A stretch of DNA of 63,361 nt, the filler included, from Circinaria calcarea (Eukaryota): the NCBI GenBank assembly GCA_051942165.1. It is 7 parts of 7 records of this genome, joined end to end, with 100 filler letters (N's around TTAATTAATTAA, not from the genome) between each part and the next. Parts side by side here need not be neighbours in the genome. Positions count along the whole stretch, not along the records: positions 27,225 to 36,187 come from JAVECS010001012.1; positions 36,288 to 45,249 come from JAVECS010001013.1; positions 45,350 to 54,307 come from JAVECS010001014.1; 4 more parts are not named here. The stretch is one strand, 5' to 3'. The translations under genes and the position numbers were made by a program. Positions 34,709-47,778 of this stretch are shown one piece after another; positions within the stretch are counted from its first letter, which is position 1, and every line of letters begins with the position of its first letter. The notes below the pieces were generated by a model, which was given only the letters and a program-made list of their open reading frames with translations, was not told the origin of the DNA and ran no database searches.

Positions 34709-35978
34709 ATGGATCCCCCGTCGAGTATAGTTCCGATCTTAGACATTCGCCAGGAAAAGGTGCAACTCTCTCTCCAGAATGAGATCCGTGACATGCTCAG
34801 CGTGAGAGACAGAGAATGTATGCAGGTTCCATGGGAGCTTTTCTGGGATGCAAAGGGCCTTCAGATATTCGAACAGATGACCTACCTGGATGACTACTAC
34901 CCAACCAAAACCGAGCTGGCCATTCTTGACGGCTTTGCGGATCAGTTGGCCTGTACCTTCCAAGAAGGTTCAATCCTCGTGGAACTGGGAAGTGGGTATG
35001 TGCACCGTATCCCATTTCCCTACGCTGGTTCCATCAACCTTCAGACCATGAGACTGAACCGGTCAGTAATCTCCGCAAGGTCGATATCCTCCTTCGCGCC
35101 ATCGATCGAACCGGCAAGAAGAACATACGCTACTTTGCTTTGGATCTTGATCATGCAGAACTTGTCCGGAGTTTGGCCAAGTTGCCGGCCTACAAGAACG
35201 TCTCGTGCAGCGGCTTATGGGGCTCCTACGAAGATGGATTCCGATGGCTCAACGGTTTAGAGAAGCGCCAGGACCCTGTCATCCTGCTTTCCCTAGGCAG
35301 CAGCGTTGGCAACTTCCCGCGAGCGAACGCCATCACTTTTATGAGGAATGTGTCCCAAACTCTCCATCCTGAACTGGCTGATGCCTTTCTCATCGCCTTT
35401 GATCATTGCGGCAACCCCTCCAAGGTCTGGAAGGCATACCACGACTCGAATGGTATGTGTTCCACGTCCCTTGACAGGTTGTGTTAGAAAGCGCCATCTC
35501 GAGTACATCCCCTCTTGCTTGAAGAAGTCAACTCTGTTCTCGGGTAGCTTATTAACGTACCCAAGGAGTTCACGAGGGATTCGTCCTAAACGGCCTGCGT
35601 CATTCCAATTCGATCATGGGTTACGAACTGTTCGATCTGGAAGCCTGGCGTTATGTCGGCGAGTTCGATCACCAGGACAGCTGCTACCGATCATTTTGTG
35701 AAGCGATCAAAGACACCAGTGTCGGTGGGCATACGTTTAGAGTAGGCGAACGGATAAAAGTCGGACTGAACATCAAGTACCCAAAGAAGGAGGCTCAGGG
35801 ACTGTTCGATCAGGTCGGGCTTAAAGAAGCAGCACGATGGGAGAATACGACACAAGATTACTGTAAGACATGTATCCTGACAGACTCTTATGAGCAGGGG
35901 GGGGGGCCAAAGCCAACGGAGCCATGGTGACGTGCTGATTCCTTTCCAGGTCTTTACCGGCTTATTCGAGTGCCCTGA
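34709..35978 (+). CDS. Stand-alone EgtD/EasF-family (histidine/aromatic amino-acid) N-methyltransferase, 4 exons
   Basis: ILDIR, FWDAKGLQIFEQMTYLDDYYPTKTELAIL, LVELGSG|NLRKV, YFALDLD, GLWGSYEDG, LSLGSSVGNF, VWKAYHD, FVLNGLRH. Last exon ...LYRLIRVP* ends at 35978. Confidence 0.8.
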
Positions 35979-36187
35979 ATTATCTAGGAAGACTATATAT
36001 GAAATTGGGTACAGTCCTATCCGAAGGTTTTTCAACTCAACTAGAACTACCCCCTGGGGGGGCTCATTCCACCTCAACACTCCAAGTACGAAATTATCAA
36101 TCTCAGCGTGGTTTTTCCTCCCCTGTAAGAACTGTAGCAGGCCGAAACCGTCCACTCTAAAGTATACAAGAAAAAGGGGGGGGGGGG

Positions 36188-36287
36188 NNNNNNNNNNNNN
36201 NNNNNNNNNNNNNNNNNNNNNNNNNNNNNNNTTAATTAATTAANNNNNNNNNNNNNNNNNNNNNNNNNNNNNNNNNNNNNNNNNNNN
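36188..36287. other. Artificial contig linker
   Basis: N-run + TTAATTAATTAA + N-run, 100 nt. Confidence 0.98.
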
Positions 36288-36958
36288 GAATAAGAGGGAT
36301 TAAAAAAAATAAAAAAAAAAGGAAATCGGGGATGGGGTAAGGAGAATGGTGATCCGGGGCAAAAGAGGGAAGGGGGGATTCGAAAACACCGACGTAGAAT
36401 TTGATCACTCATATCCGAGGTGGAATAATTGTCCGTGATGGGCTAACAGTGCGCCATCTCCTGCAAGGGGCAAACATGATGTACCAAGGCAAATAAAATA
36501 ATTGAGTATGCAAGGTAGAATATTCTGAATTGCATCTGGTATCCACTAATATGCATGATAACCTATTTACAACCCCCGACAAACCTCCAATCCAATCCAA
36601 TGCCAACTAACCAACACAAACCCCACAGATATGAATGACAAACAATATTACAGCAAAACAGTGACCATGCATAGTCGGGGTATCTTCTGGAAAACATTTC
36701 CGCAGTGAAACTCCGTGACGGTACTCACCGGGATCCAGCCCGAAGATTTATCTTTTCTCTCTTTGGTATGAAACAGTACGTGCTCGCTGAAAATCGCAGA
36801 TGGCTGAACGACCTTTTTGCCTCCCCGGAAAAACACATGGAAACGTCGATGCTCGATGATTGGGGGATGTATTTAATAAGTTGTAGAAGGTAGGTTGGAA
36901 TATGAAAGATGCTGTTTGCTGCGAGGGAGGAGATGTCGAGCTGTTGGGAATGATGTGC

Positions 36959-37021
36959 TAGGTCGAGGAACACCGAAATAGGTCGAGGAACACCGAAATA
37001 GGTCGAGGAACACCGAAATAG
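36959..37021. repeat. Perfect 20-bp tandem repeat x3
   Basis: (TAGGTCGAGGAACACCGAAA)3 with no spacers, just downstream of the stop codon of the 37032-37490 gene. Confidence 0.95.
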
Positions 37022-37031
37022 ATCGATCGTC

Positions 37032-37490
37032 CTATACCCTCGAAGAACCCCTTCCTAACCTCTCCCTCACCCAATCAATACTCTTCTTCGCCTTCTCGCT
37101 TGCATTCGAGTCTTTGCTCGTCGTCGAGCTCGAACTACCCTGGCTGCCGTTCCGTAAGCCAACACCCCTTTCATCCACGGCGTTCCCAGCTCCCCCCCTC
37201 CCCACATGATATACAGGAGCATCGGCCAGCGTCATCCGCTCGAGTTCTTCATCGAAACTGAAAATCGCCCGCTCAGAGCCGAGATGCACGTTCCCGGCGC
37301 CGCCACGGCCGGAGACAAATGTGCGGGAAGGATTTCGAAGGGGCGTGAGGGAAGCGGGACCGGTGGCAGTTTGGGGGGCGGTGATGGTGGAGGCTTTGTG
37401 GGAGCGATAGTTGCCTGCTCCACCGCGGCCGCAGTGCATGTAGGTTGTCTGTGGGACAGAGGGATGGGGTTCTGTAAGTTGGACGGGCAT
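37032..37490 (-). CDS. DUF3602-like (GRGGAGN-repeat) protein
   Basis: Three GRGGAGN motifs plus ERAIFSFDEELER. Confidence 0.8.
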   Translation of the reverse strand: MPVQLTEPHPSVPQTTYMHCGRGGAGNYRSHKASTITAPQTATGPASLTPLRNPSRTFVSGRGGAGNVHLGSERAIFSFDEELERMTLADAPVYHVGRGGAGNAVDERGVGLRNGSQGSSSSTTSKDSNASEKAKKSIDWVRERLGRGSSRV

Positions 37491-38881
37491 AGCTGGTTGT
37501 GCAGAGTGTGATGCTCGGTGGTGTACACTTGTGGGAGTTTTGCACGTCGATGAGGTCGGCTTTGGCTTTGGGTCTGATTGAAGGAGTACGGATGAGAGTT
37601 TGAGGGATGCTGATCAACAGCGAGGCTTGTGTAGAAATATACGTCTCTCTGTCCACTTGGGTGTTGGTAAGATGTGTTCTGTGTTGGAAATGCAGCTGAG
37701 CAGCGGCCTTGTTATATGCTCCGACGGCGCAATTACACCATATGACACCTCCATCCTCACTATGCCGTTAACTGAAGTCGCCATGAGTAAACAATAAAAC
37801 TCTGCAGTCACGCTCGCACAGCCAATGTCACTTGGCGAGCTGACGCTTTGCAGTTAACGGCCATTTGCGGCAATACGCTGTCTTAGAGAATGCCCTAAGA
37901 ATAGTGGTCAAGGGTGAAAAGAGGTTGGGCCGGGTTTAAAGCAGCCGGAGCTGAAATGTCTGGAGTTAGGTCCGGGCCCCCGGAATTACCTCCATTCAAC
38001 TGGTCCGTGTCTTCATTCCACGGCATGATTTGTCGCGCTTTGGGTAGGCAAAGGCATGCCGCTTTTACACCACAACGAGAAGTCAAGTGATCACGGTCGA
38101 CACGGGACTAAAAAACGTAAGAGAAATTCCAACATCCAGTCGTAATGATGACCCAGGTCGGTGTACTTGCCATCGAGGTTGCGCCAGTCAGCCTGTCCCG
38201 GTGGTAATCGTGACCGAGGGGTAATTAAATGGGGGTAATAGCAATTCGGTACCTGGCACCTGAGGGAAAGAGGGAAAAGGGGACGGGAGAGTGGGGATGT
38301 CGTGCTCATTCAACTGGATGTCATACGATGAAGATGTGATGCGCATCACGTTACCACGACATTCGATATGGAGGCTGTGGAGGGGAAGGTGCGAGCTTCT
38401 TACTGGAGCTAGCAGCATACAGTATCAAAACCTTCACTGTGATCTCAGCGTCCATCTACTTCGTATTACTATCCCCCACAGCCTTGTCTCTCCTCCCCAA
38501 CGACTTGATTAGGCGGCGTCCGGACTCCGGAGGCTGAGACTGTAGACCGTTATAGCTCCCTTTCCCCAGAATCTCCACGAGTCTAGCCGCCGAGCCTAAG
38601 ATGGTAGATCGAGAATAATGCTACTACAACGGTATGGAACAGTGATCCAGGGAAAGGGCAGTCTGGAGCTGAGCGTCCACGGGCACGTAGCGTTGCAGGT
38701 AACGCCTTTTTGCGGGGAAACCACTAAAAGCAAATCCGGGGTATCTTCTTCGAACGAGACGTCCAACATGACTCTTCGCCTCTCAACTAAAGCTGGTATT
38801 CCCGACGCTTTGTCCCATCGGGGTCTTCTCTGACAACTGCCCGTCATCCATTACGGAAGGTGTAATAACCTGTCGATGTTC

Positions 38882-40230
38882 TTATGTAAACTTGGTGTGG
38901 ATGATATCAGGGTTGTCATGCCACTCCTCTGAGCTCACCCACATCTGCACGGACCCCGTTAGCCGTGTATGTGCCACAGACGAGAATAATCACCGACCTT
39001 CCGGAACGTGCTAAGTCCCGCCAATATGCTACCACCGATCCACGTGCTATACTTCCGTTCTGGTGGTGCGAATATTTTGATTCGCATGTCCTTGACAGCG
39101 AGTCTCTGTACTTCATGTAAAAGCCGGTCGCCGAAGCCTTTCGTGAGTGTCGAGCCCCCTGAGAGCACAATGTTACCGAAGAGTGACTTCCGGAGGTCCA
39201 AGTCTGTTCGATTGATTGCATCTACCACGATTTGATGGATGCCGGGATATTCGAGTCCGATTATCTCGGGATCAAAGAGAATCTCCGGGGCCCGAAATCG
39301 TTCGGGTCCAATCTGTGGAACGGAATCAGATCATGAACCTGATAGGGTTTGAGTGGGTGAACCTTTAATTTATTGCCATCTGGGAGAATGTAGTCAACCG
39401 CTTTAGATTCTGCTCTTCCCGCATTCGTTGACCATTCCTTCTCTTCCTTTTTCGGATCCAGAGCTACATAGCTCGTCTTCTCCTTAATCATTCGCACAAC
39501 TTCCTTTTCAGCGCTTGTGTGAAATACATATCCGCTTTTCCGTAATAACAATTGCATATGCTCTGTAACGTCTCGCCCCGCTACGTCGATTCTCCGTATG
39601 CTGCTTGGCATTGCGAAACCCTCGTAAACGGGTACGGCATGTGAGACCCCATCTCCTGAATCTAGCACTATTCCAGTCGTCCTTCCAGAAGCATACAAGG
39701 AGAGAACAGCTTGTATCGATGTAAAGAGGGCAGGTACGTTGAAGGTCTCGAATAGGATTTGCGCGGCGGTGTCTCGGTTTGCTCGAGGGTTTAGAGGAGG
39801 CTCGGTCAGGAGGACCGGATGCTATTGAAATATGGCCACCTGCGTTAGTCATCCTCCTTAAAAACCGGCCCCCTGGAGACCTTGGGTTTACAATTGCCGT
39901 TCGGGCAAACGAAGATTATCATACCTCTTCACTAAGCGTCTTCAGCTCTTCCGTGTAGACAAACTGCCATATCCTCTCCATATCATCCCAATCCGTAACG
40001 ATGCCATGCTCCAGGGGATATCGAATTTTCAGCAAGCCCCGTAATTCTTGCGCCCTTTGCCCTATGAAGACATCCCCTTCCAGTGCACCTGCAAGAACGC
40101 GTAGGTGCTTCGGTCTGCCCACGAATGAGGGAAAGTAACATTTTGGTAAATCTTCTCCTGCAAATCCTGCTCTGATAGTGCCACTCCCGTTGTCGAGCAC
40201 GATCGGGGCATTGTGAAGCGTGTCTACCAT
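38882..40230 (-). CDS. ARP1: Actin-related protein 1 (centractin, dynactin subunit), multi-exon
   Basis: [99 protein letters not shown]-terminal PDIIHTKFT*. Confidence 0.92.
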
Positions 40231-40528
40231 CTCCGCGCACGAAGGTAGTTCCTTGTCTAGAACTGCATGTGCAAACCTTGGGCCATCCCAAGCTGATTGG
40301 GATATGGTGCCACAATTGAACGGTGCGAGAAACTATCTCCTAGATCCCTATAAAACTTTGAGCTGAGAATATTTCCGTAGCGAGACGTGAACGATCTTTC
40401 GCGTGATGAGGACGCTAGTCGGAATGGAGACAGACTTGAGGTACCACAGGACGGCGATGACTGTAGAATCTACTACGATATCTGAGCTTGAAATAAGTTA
40501 TACGACTAATGGAATCTACAGCCCATGT

Positions 40529-42150
40529 TCAGGAACTATCCGCCAATTCTATCACGCTTCTAATCCGTTTTGAGCTCGCCCTCAACCAGACTCTATCACT
40601 CTCCCCACCACCATCAGCCTCCCCTTTCTTCTTTCCCCCCCTCCTTGCTTTGTCCTCTCTAGCCACAATCCCCTTTTCCACCGCGTCTATTAAGACTTGG
40701 CACTTTTGAATGCCCACTACCATATCCAACAACCGAAGCAACGTCTCCACGCACAGACTAATCTTCGCATTATCAACGATACTCATCGTGTTCGCAGGCC
40801 ACGGCAGATAGCATTCCTCCAACACTTCCTGGGTAAGGTCATCTCTCCGTGGCAAAGGCGCCGCAGAAGATATCAGGGAGCGTAGGATGTACTGCGTGAG
40901 GGTCGAGGCGGCAGCAGGTTGAAACGCTCGAAGGCCAGCGGGAGATATGATAAGGGAGAATGATTCTAACGGAAGGGGGCGAATATGCGTTAGGTATAAA
41001 TCATAAAGGGTTGGCAATGATGTAAAGTCCTGGGGGAGAACGGTCGCGATTGTAGAGAGAAGAGAAAGCAGGCGAAGGCGGAGGCTGAGGGCAGAGGAGC
41101 CACCAAAGACAAGAGAACCATCGGAAATAGTATGCTCCGAGGAAGGAGACGAGGCATTTGTTTCTTTGGCTAATGGCAGCACTTCGTCATCGAGTTCGGA
41201 CGAAGAACTGAGCAGGTAGTCACCATAATCGTTCTCGTCAATGTTTATCTTCGTCATGGCTCTCTTGGTGGCATTCGCAGCATCGTCCTTCGGAGGTCTC
41301 CGCTCTCTAGTTTCATTTTTCCATATCTCTTTAAATTCGGTGAGGGATCTTGTATTTCCGTCCGCGAATATGGCCCGGAGGATCCGCTTCTCTCCTCCAT
41401 TGGCGCCGTTACCAGCATTGATATACTTGATAATCAAGCTGTCCTTTTTCTGCTCATGACCCCGCTGTTCCCAGTCATCTTCTAATAGAGTAGTCATAAA
41501 ATCGAGCCACAACTGCCACCTATTCCACCTATTCTTGTGGGCGACGCTACAGTTGAACGCCCATCCTACCGCTTGCCAGAAATCGTCGGCTCTTGCCCAG
41601 ACCCCGTCTGCATTTGCCAGCTCACTATTTACACGATCCGCATTGTCAATGGCCGGGCTATCTACTTCTCCCGTCGTCCTCCTGGTATTAACGCCGCGTC
41701 TGCCCGAGGTAGTGGCAGCCGTAAATGTAAATACTGTGTAGAAATCTGCGGCGATTGGACCGATCGTCTTGTGTACTAGCCGTAAATATTTGAGGGCTAG
41801 ATTGGCCGCTTGAAGCTTATCGGGCGTTTTTGCACGCGTAGTAAGAGAGGGATGGACAATTAGAGTCGAGATGAGGGCGAGATGCTGTAACGGCGGTAGA
41901 AAGGCAGAGCCTGGAGGGTCGGAGCTACCGCCAGAGGTGAGCAGGGAGAATAGGAAGTTTAGAGCCTGGGTATCTGTATCCTATTTAGCAAAGGCCACCC
42001 CGAAAGGCTAAGCAATTAGTTACATAGAGCTTCTTCAAAATAAATGATGAGATGCTCACGAAGTTCGTATGGAAGGACTTTGGCAGATCGATATGGTGGT
42101 AGTGATGGATGTAAAGCAGGGTAGCCGGGATGTAGTGGCGAAGTAGTCAT
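40529..42150 (-). CDS. Conserved fungal hypothetical protein (2 exons)
   Basis: Exon 1 ...AKVLPYELREHLIIYFEEAL, GTAACT intron, then a long frame QHLALISTLIVHP...ADDFWQAVGWAFNCS...RWQLWLDFM continuing into ORF 40529-41512. Confidence 0.7.
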
Positions 42151-42533
42151 GCTCTCTTCCTTCACTGTTTACATTTATTTAATGACCAGGTTCAGAAAGC
42201 TTAGTGATCGATAAATGGGACTGCGTGCTAATTGATCGTGCTCTCCGCCCTTAGGCTCTTTTGAATTTCACAATGAGATACTAAGAGCCCACGAATTTGT
42301 TTTGGTCGCGTCGAAACACGAAGCGAAAATAAAGTACGGACGCGCTTGATCACATCCCAGCATCCTGAAGTTTTGAGAATGATATTTAATCTACTTCGTA
42401 TTTGAGGAACAAAACTATTCCTTAAGTCTACCTGCTATTGATCGCTATAAAAGTGTTTCCGCCAGGAACGTGTAGAGGCTTAATACCCATTCTTGTTCAT
42501 CACCATTCAACATGAAACGCTGAAACACCATGC

Positions 42534-43315
42534 CTATCGATCATCCGGCGGCCCCGAGAACAACCCTATCCTCATTCGATGACTCTGGTCAAGGAATCAG
42601 TAGTGTTGGTAAGGGCATTAAGATGAGACTTACCCAAGGCAGCTTTGGTATTATAACCGCCAAAAGAATTAGGAAATTGATAGTAAAGTATGTCAGGTCG
42701 TAGTGCGTGTAATGCGTACTCAGCAAGAAGAGAACGATAGGCACACTGAGAAGAAACTTTTTGGCTGGCGTATACTGATCGCCGTTGTCGATCTGTTCCC
42801 ACATATTCAAATTGTCATACGCTCCTGCATTGAATTCGAATGGTACCCCACGAACGTAGTGGAACATGAGGTAGGATCCGAACATGTATGAGACATTTGT
42901 CAACGTCCACGAAGTTTCTTGCGAAACTCCTGGTATGATGTCGTAGAATATCTTGAGTCCAGCAATGAGGAAGATGTGAATTAGCCAAGCACCTAAGAGG
43001 ATAACATTGTCAGTAAGCTAAACAGGAGCAGAATGTCTAGGTGTGAAAGGCCCTGAAGTTCTCAGCGACCTTCATCTTAAAGAGATGAATTTAGCAACTG
43101 AAGGATCTTTTCCCTCCGAGAGTTATCGCAACGGAAACATGTCAAACAAACTGCTTTGCTCTAGGACAGAGATGTATACCTTTTGCATTCACCCAATTTG
43201 CATTGAGGTTCGGCAAAGCCGACTGATCGCTCATGTGCTCTGGGGACTCTAGCGGCTCTTGATAAATCAAGAGGCTGCTTGACCGTCGTCTCCGCCCTTT
43301 CTTGCCATCGCTCAT
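42534..43315 (-). CDS. ORM1: ORMDL-family sphingolipid homeostasis protein, 3 exons
   Basis: RRRRSSS, SDQSALPNLNANWVNAKG|AWLIH, YLMFHYVRGVPFEFNAGAYDNLNMWEQIDNGDQYTPAKKFL, IPKLP|SHRMRI. Confidence 0.92.
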
Positions 43316-44119
43316 TTTTGGGTCCACCGGCGATCTAGGTGGAGGAGCGGAGTTGGTGTTCGGGGCGAAGGAGAGGGTACGGGGGAGAAGAAGGGAAGAC
43401 AGTTTGGCGGTATTGATAACAACTGTCAATGTGAGAATCCAATCAACCGTGGGCTGTATGCTGCCGAAGATCTTGTGTTTCTTTGTCTCTGCAGTGTCAC
43501 CATACTTGTCAGCCTATGAAACCAGTTGAAAGGGTACAGTATTCCGTAGGAAGCATCTAGACCTTGGATGTATCATCTGAAGACCTCCCTTTCAGGTACA
43601 ATGAAAGAGTTGCAGTTCATCAACAGGCATATTGACGTACCGGAAAGAAGTAGAGTAAAGGAAAACGGGCAATGTTTGGTGGTCGGAGAGGTGAGCCTCT
43701 GCGCAGACGGAGAGATCGAGAAGAACGAGTGTCGATGTGATTGATATGTGGTGGATCAAATGATATAGACTACCCTAACTAGACCCTCATACTCGACGAG
43801 CACAAAGTTGAAGACTGCACACTGTCAATAATACTTTGAAGGTACGGGGATGGGGAACGTTTGGAGGGTCCAATGCGGCAAGGCTTCCCATTACTTTCAC
43901 CGCAAGCACAACCGGGTAAGCTTGGGCAAACGGCGCTAAGGAAGCTTAGCTGCGTCATCGGCCATGCAAACCGGGGCACTTCTCACAAATAAATTTCGCG
44001 TACTCCGTAAAGGACATCCCACCTCAAATTCGCATTCTACCACCATTTTTGGAGCATGGAAGACTCGGTCTTAGGACAACCAAGAGATAATAACGGAGGC
44101 TACTGAAGAGCTTTCCTCC

Positions 44120-45249
44120 ATGGCCGAGTCTCCTGACTCTCGTACCGCTGCTTTTGACCGCAAAAGAGGTTTGGAGGAAGTTCTGGACGAGGACCGGAGT
44201 CTCAGCCAGAAGCGCCTCAAAAACTCTACTCTTCCGGGGATAGGCAAAGAAAGCATAGAAGACAGCGGTAAAGATACTGGGGAGAGCACACTGCCGTTCT
44301 CTTCGCAGCCTACTGGATTCGCCCCATCGATCAATTGGAATGCGGGCACCAGAACAAAGATCCGAACTACACTTGGAGGAGCTCCAAGAGATCAGCGCGT
44401 ACCATCGTATCCTGAGATCGCTGTGATATCTCTGTCTACAGTACCGGTCGCAGATACTATAGCCTTTGGGTCGCCTGTAACCGCGATTGATGCCAGAGTA
44501 TCGCTGGATGAAGAGAGTGGAAATGGAGAATTGAATTCGAGACAAACTCTATTATCGAACGAGGTGCAGGGTCAGGAAGTAGGCCCTACAGACAATGTAG
44601 CGAAAAGTCTGCCACCGGGTTTAAGGCCAGGTACTCAGATAGCGAGCCTACCTTCGAGTCCAGCTGATATTGCCAATGACCCCTCGGAAGACGCACATGA
44701 CGATGATGGTGGCGGTGTTATTCTAAACCTAGTAAGTGAGGAAAATGGTGAGGACGAAGCGGAAGAATACGAGAGTGGTGAAATCCATGATGGTGATCGC
44801 CTTGGATTGGAGGATGAATATTACATACATGGCAACGCGGAAGCTAAAACGGAAAATGAAAAATCTTGTATATCAGGTTTGGGAAAGCCCACGGAAGACG
44901 CAGAGCTGCTGGATGCTATGATGAGCTACTCAAACTCAAATCCTGGTGCGACTACTCCTGAATATCTTAATGGAGGTGCGAATGCTGTCACGGCAAAGCG
45001 CCAAGTCCTTACGCTTAGAGACCTCGATTCTGAGGACTTTTCATTGCAGCTTCGCTACTTCTACGTTGCTTGCGACCCTAGCACTATTGACTACAATGAT
45101 CCCGTGAGATGTCTTATCTGCGCTAAAGATGGGCACAAATCCGATTTTTGTTCAGCTCTAACATGCTCTAGCTGTGGAGTACACGGGGATCACTTTACAG
45201 CAGCTTGTCCCAAGTCACGGAAGTGTGAGAAATGTCGAGAACGTGGCCA
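44120..45249 (+). CDS. Zinc-knuckle (CCHC) protein, AIR1/2-like, truncated by contig end
   Basis: Long acidic disordered N-terminus, then CLICAKDGHKSDFC, CSSCGVHGDHFTAAC, CEKCRERG(H). Confidence 0.75.
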
Positions 45250-45349
45250 NNNNNNNNNNNNNNNNNNNNNNNNNNNNNNNNNNNNNNNNNNNNTTAATTA
45301 ATTAANNNNNNNNNNNNNNNNNNNNNNNNNNNNNNNNNNNNNNNNNNNN
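45250..45349. other. Artificial contig linker
   Basis: N-run + TTAATTAATTAA + N-run, 100 nt. Confidence 0.98.
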
Positions 45350-46219
45350 CTTTGCCGGAGGAATTGCAGCTGTATCCAAAGCCATTCCAATTGTTGGTAT
45401 CCTGGCTCGGAATTGGCCGCACATCCATCTACCAACGAGTTGCTGTCGAAGAAATATAGCGTGTTGAGACTGAAGACCGCCAGCTTATTGGGAATGACCT
45501 CAACAAAGAACCAGCCGCCTCTATCAAAGCCATGCCTCTGGTCTTCAGGAATGAACTTCTTCCAGATGCTCAAATAACTCTTTGTCCACCGATTCGGCCC
45601 CGCATCGAATATGTTGTGCGGAAGGATGTCGTTGTTTCCAAATGTAGGTACAATCGGCAGGATAAAATCGTTTGTCGGATCGGTATCATTAATATTCTCC
45701 TCTTTCCCAAAGACTTCCACGAACTTATCAACCAGCAGCTTATTGGTACCTAACACCTGCTCGTCACTTCGTGGTATCAATTCGTCATTGTCGTGGCGCG
45801 CCGAATCCCCCGTCCAGATTACGAAGTCGATAGTGTCCTTTAGGTGCTTGTCAATCCACATAAACGTTTCATTGATTAGGGATATCGGCGAGTCACAATC
45901 CGAGGTTTCTGCACCAAACACACCAGCAGGCCCCTCGCCCCTATGACAAGCATCGTCTTCTTCGGTTGAAGAATGGGCCCGGTAGAACTGGTCTGGATGG
46001 AGATCTGCCGCTTGTTAGACCAGAACTAAGGTTGGAACTCTGTTCGTTACCTGTGATATGCAGAAATTTCCCATACAGCGGGCGAACTCCTATATCTGCG
46101 TGAAAGTCTTGGATCACAATACCCTCTGCATCGCTTGCCGACAGAGGTTTTTGAGTGGTCGGCGCCGCACTCCCTGGGGCAAGGGCTACTGCCCAGCAAA
46201 GCCAAGCAACCAGGAGCAT
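45350..46219 (-). CDS. PPN1: Endopolyphosphatase (metallophosphoesterase), 5' part
   Basis: Signal/anchor, GKFLHIT|DLHPD, SDCDSP, IDFVIWTGDSARHDND, PTFGNNDILPHN, EVIPNKLAVFSLNTLYFFDSN. Confidence 0.88.
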
Positions 46220-47053
46220 TGGAGTGATGGATCTTGTAACAGTGTATTTGCTACGCTATCCGGGCAGTGTAATGTTCAACTGACAGTTGACCATCCGCCC
46301 GTCAACCACCCAGCAATGGGGTGGTCGTTAGAAACAGCGGAGCTTCCTCCGGCCGTGACCAGATGTTCTTTAGCTCCAAGCACAGGCCATTGTGCTTCCC
46401 CGCGCTATGAGAAAATTCCGCGACGTTGTTGGGGGTCAACGACGAAAGTAACATTCAGCAGAGCAAAGCATACATAAGAGCATCGCTATTGTTGTGTTGT
46501 TGAAGATACGATCCACATCGGGTGATGTATCTTACATTCCTCGAGACCGGTGACGTGTTATTCGCGCATTGCACGTCTCAGCCAATCTGCGCCTCTGGAA
46601 GTGTCGCACGTGGGCCTCTGAACCACACCCTCTGTGACTGCCTCGACGCAGCGGGCTATATCGAGGTGGTCATCTACCACATGCGCTTAGATAGGACATA
46701 TGACCACCGTCCTTTCTCTACCTTTTCTTATCAGTTCGGCGAAACTGACGATAGGGTGTATTCAGCGATCTGAGTGGCTAGAATCACGATATGCAAAAGT
46801 CACTGAATGTTTGACTCCTATTGTGTAGGGGCCAATCCTTGATTGATCTGTGTGACACCTATCCCTTCCTGCATCGCCCGGCGAGGGTTCTCGAGGCCAT
46901 CAACTGCTACAGTCAGGTGAAGCCGTCGCATTACTGCTGGCGGACCCCGCCGGACCCATCCATTGGCACTTGTCTATCATTCTCTTGGTTTACCGTGCAG
47001 TTAGAAGGGTCATGGCAGCCTAGAAGCGCCTATCGGGTATACTAGTATAGACT

Positions 47054-47778
47054 TCAGTTAGAATCCCCCAAGGTAGGTAAAGAGTCGACCCCAAAGGGGA
47101 AATCCGGCGAGATAGGGGAACCATTCTTTCGGCTACTCACGTCTATCTGCCCGACCGCAATAACTCTGCGCCCATTTTGAAGATCGATTCTTGCCACGGA
47201 ATAGTGATTGTTCATCATAAACACCCAGGTTTGAAGAATCGCGAAGCGAACCATACGCCAAGTGATCTCAACTCCATCTCGAGCAAGGATGGAAAGGGTA
47301 TAGCCACGATACCCCGTTTGATATCCGCCCTCTGGCACCACACCATTTGGATTTCGTTGAAACCACTCGTTGATGTCGCTGAACGCCTCATAAACGAGTA
47401 TATTGACGGTCCTTGAGTTTTGTGCAGCGAGCAGTGTTACGAAAACATTCAAGTCAACGGGATTGGGACCAGGCATGATGAAAGGAGGGACTCGAGGGAG
47501 GAGTGCATCGAGGGAAGGGTTCTTGCTGAGAGATATATCAGACAATATGGCGAGAGGGAATGACTCGGGTATAGCACATGTCTAACGTACTTTCTCTCGG
47601 TAGTAATGGGAGCGCTCGAGGAAATAGCTTGGGTAGAAGGCCTTGAGCGGTTCGGAAGACCATATGACCGAGCTACACTGAAAACCGAAACCTCTTCTTT
47701 GGAGAGAGTTGGTGCTGCAAAGCCGAGGGAGGCGGAGATGGCTATTGCTGAAATGGCCAAAGTCCTGACAGCTAGCAT
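47054..47778 (-). CDS. Secreted hypothetical protein, 2 exons
   Basis: Signal peptide MLAVRTLAISAIAISASLGFAAP. A GTACGT...CTGAT...CAG intron (~47590-47526) joins it to ORF 47054-47545. Confidence 0.65.

Noticed and set aside
36959..37021. 20-bp x3 repeat as a mini-CRISPR
   Set aside because: No spacers and no cas genes. It is a simple tandem duplication in a 3' flank.
38882..40230. Conventional actin
   Set aside because: Sequence motifs ([33 protein letters not shown]) fit Arp1/centractin rather than actin.
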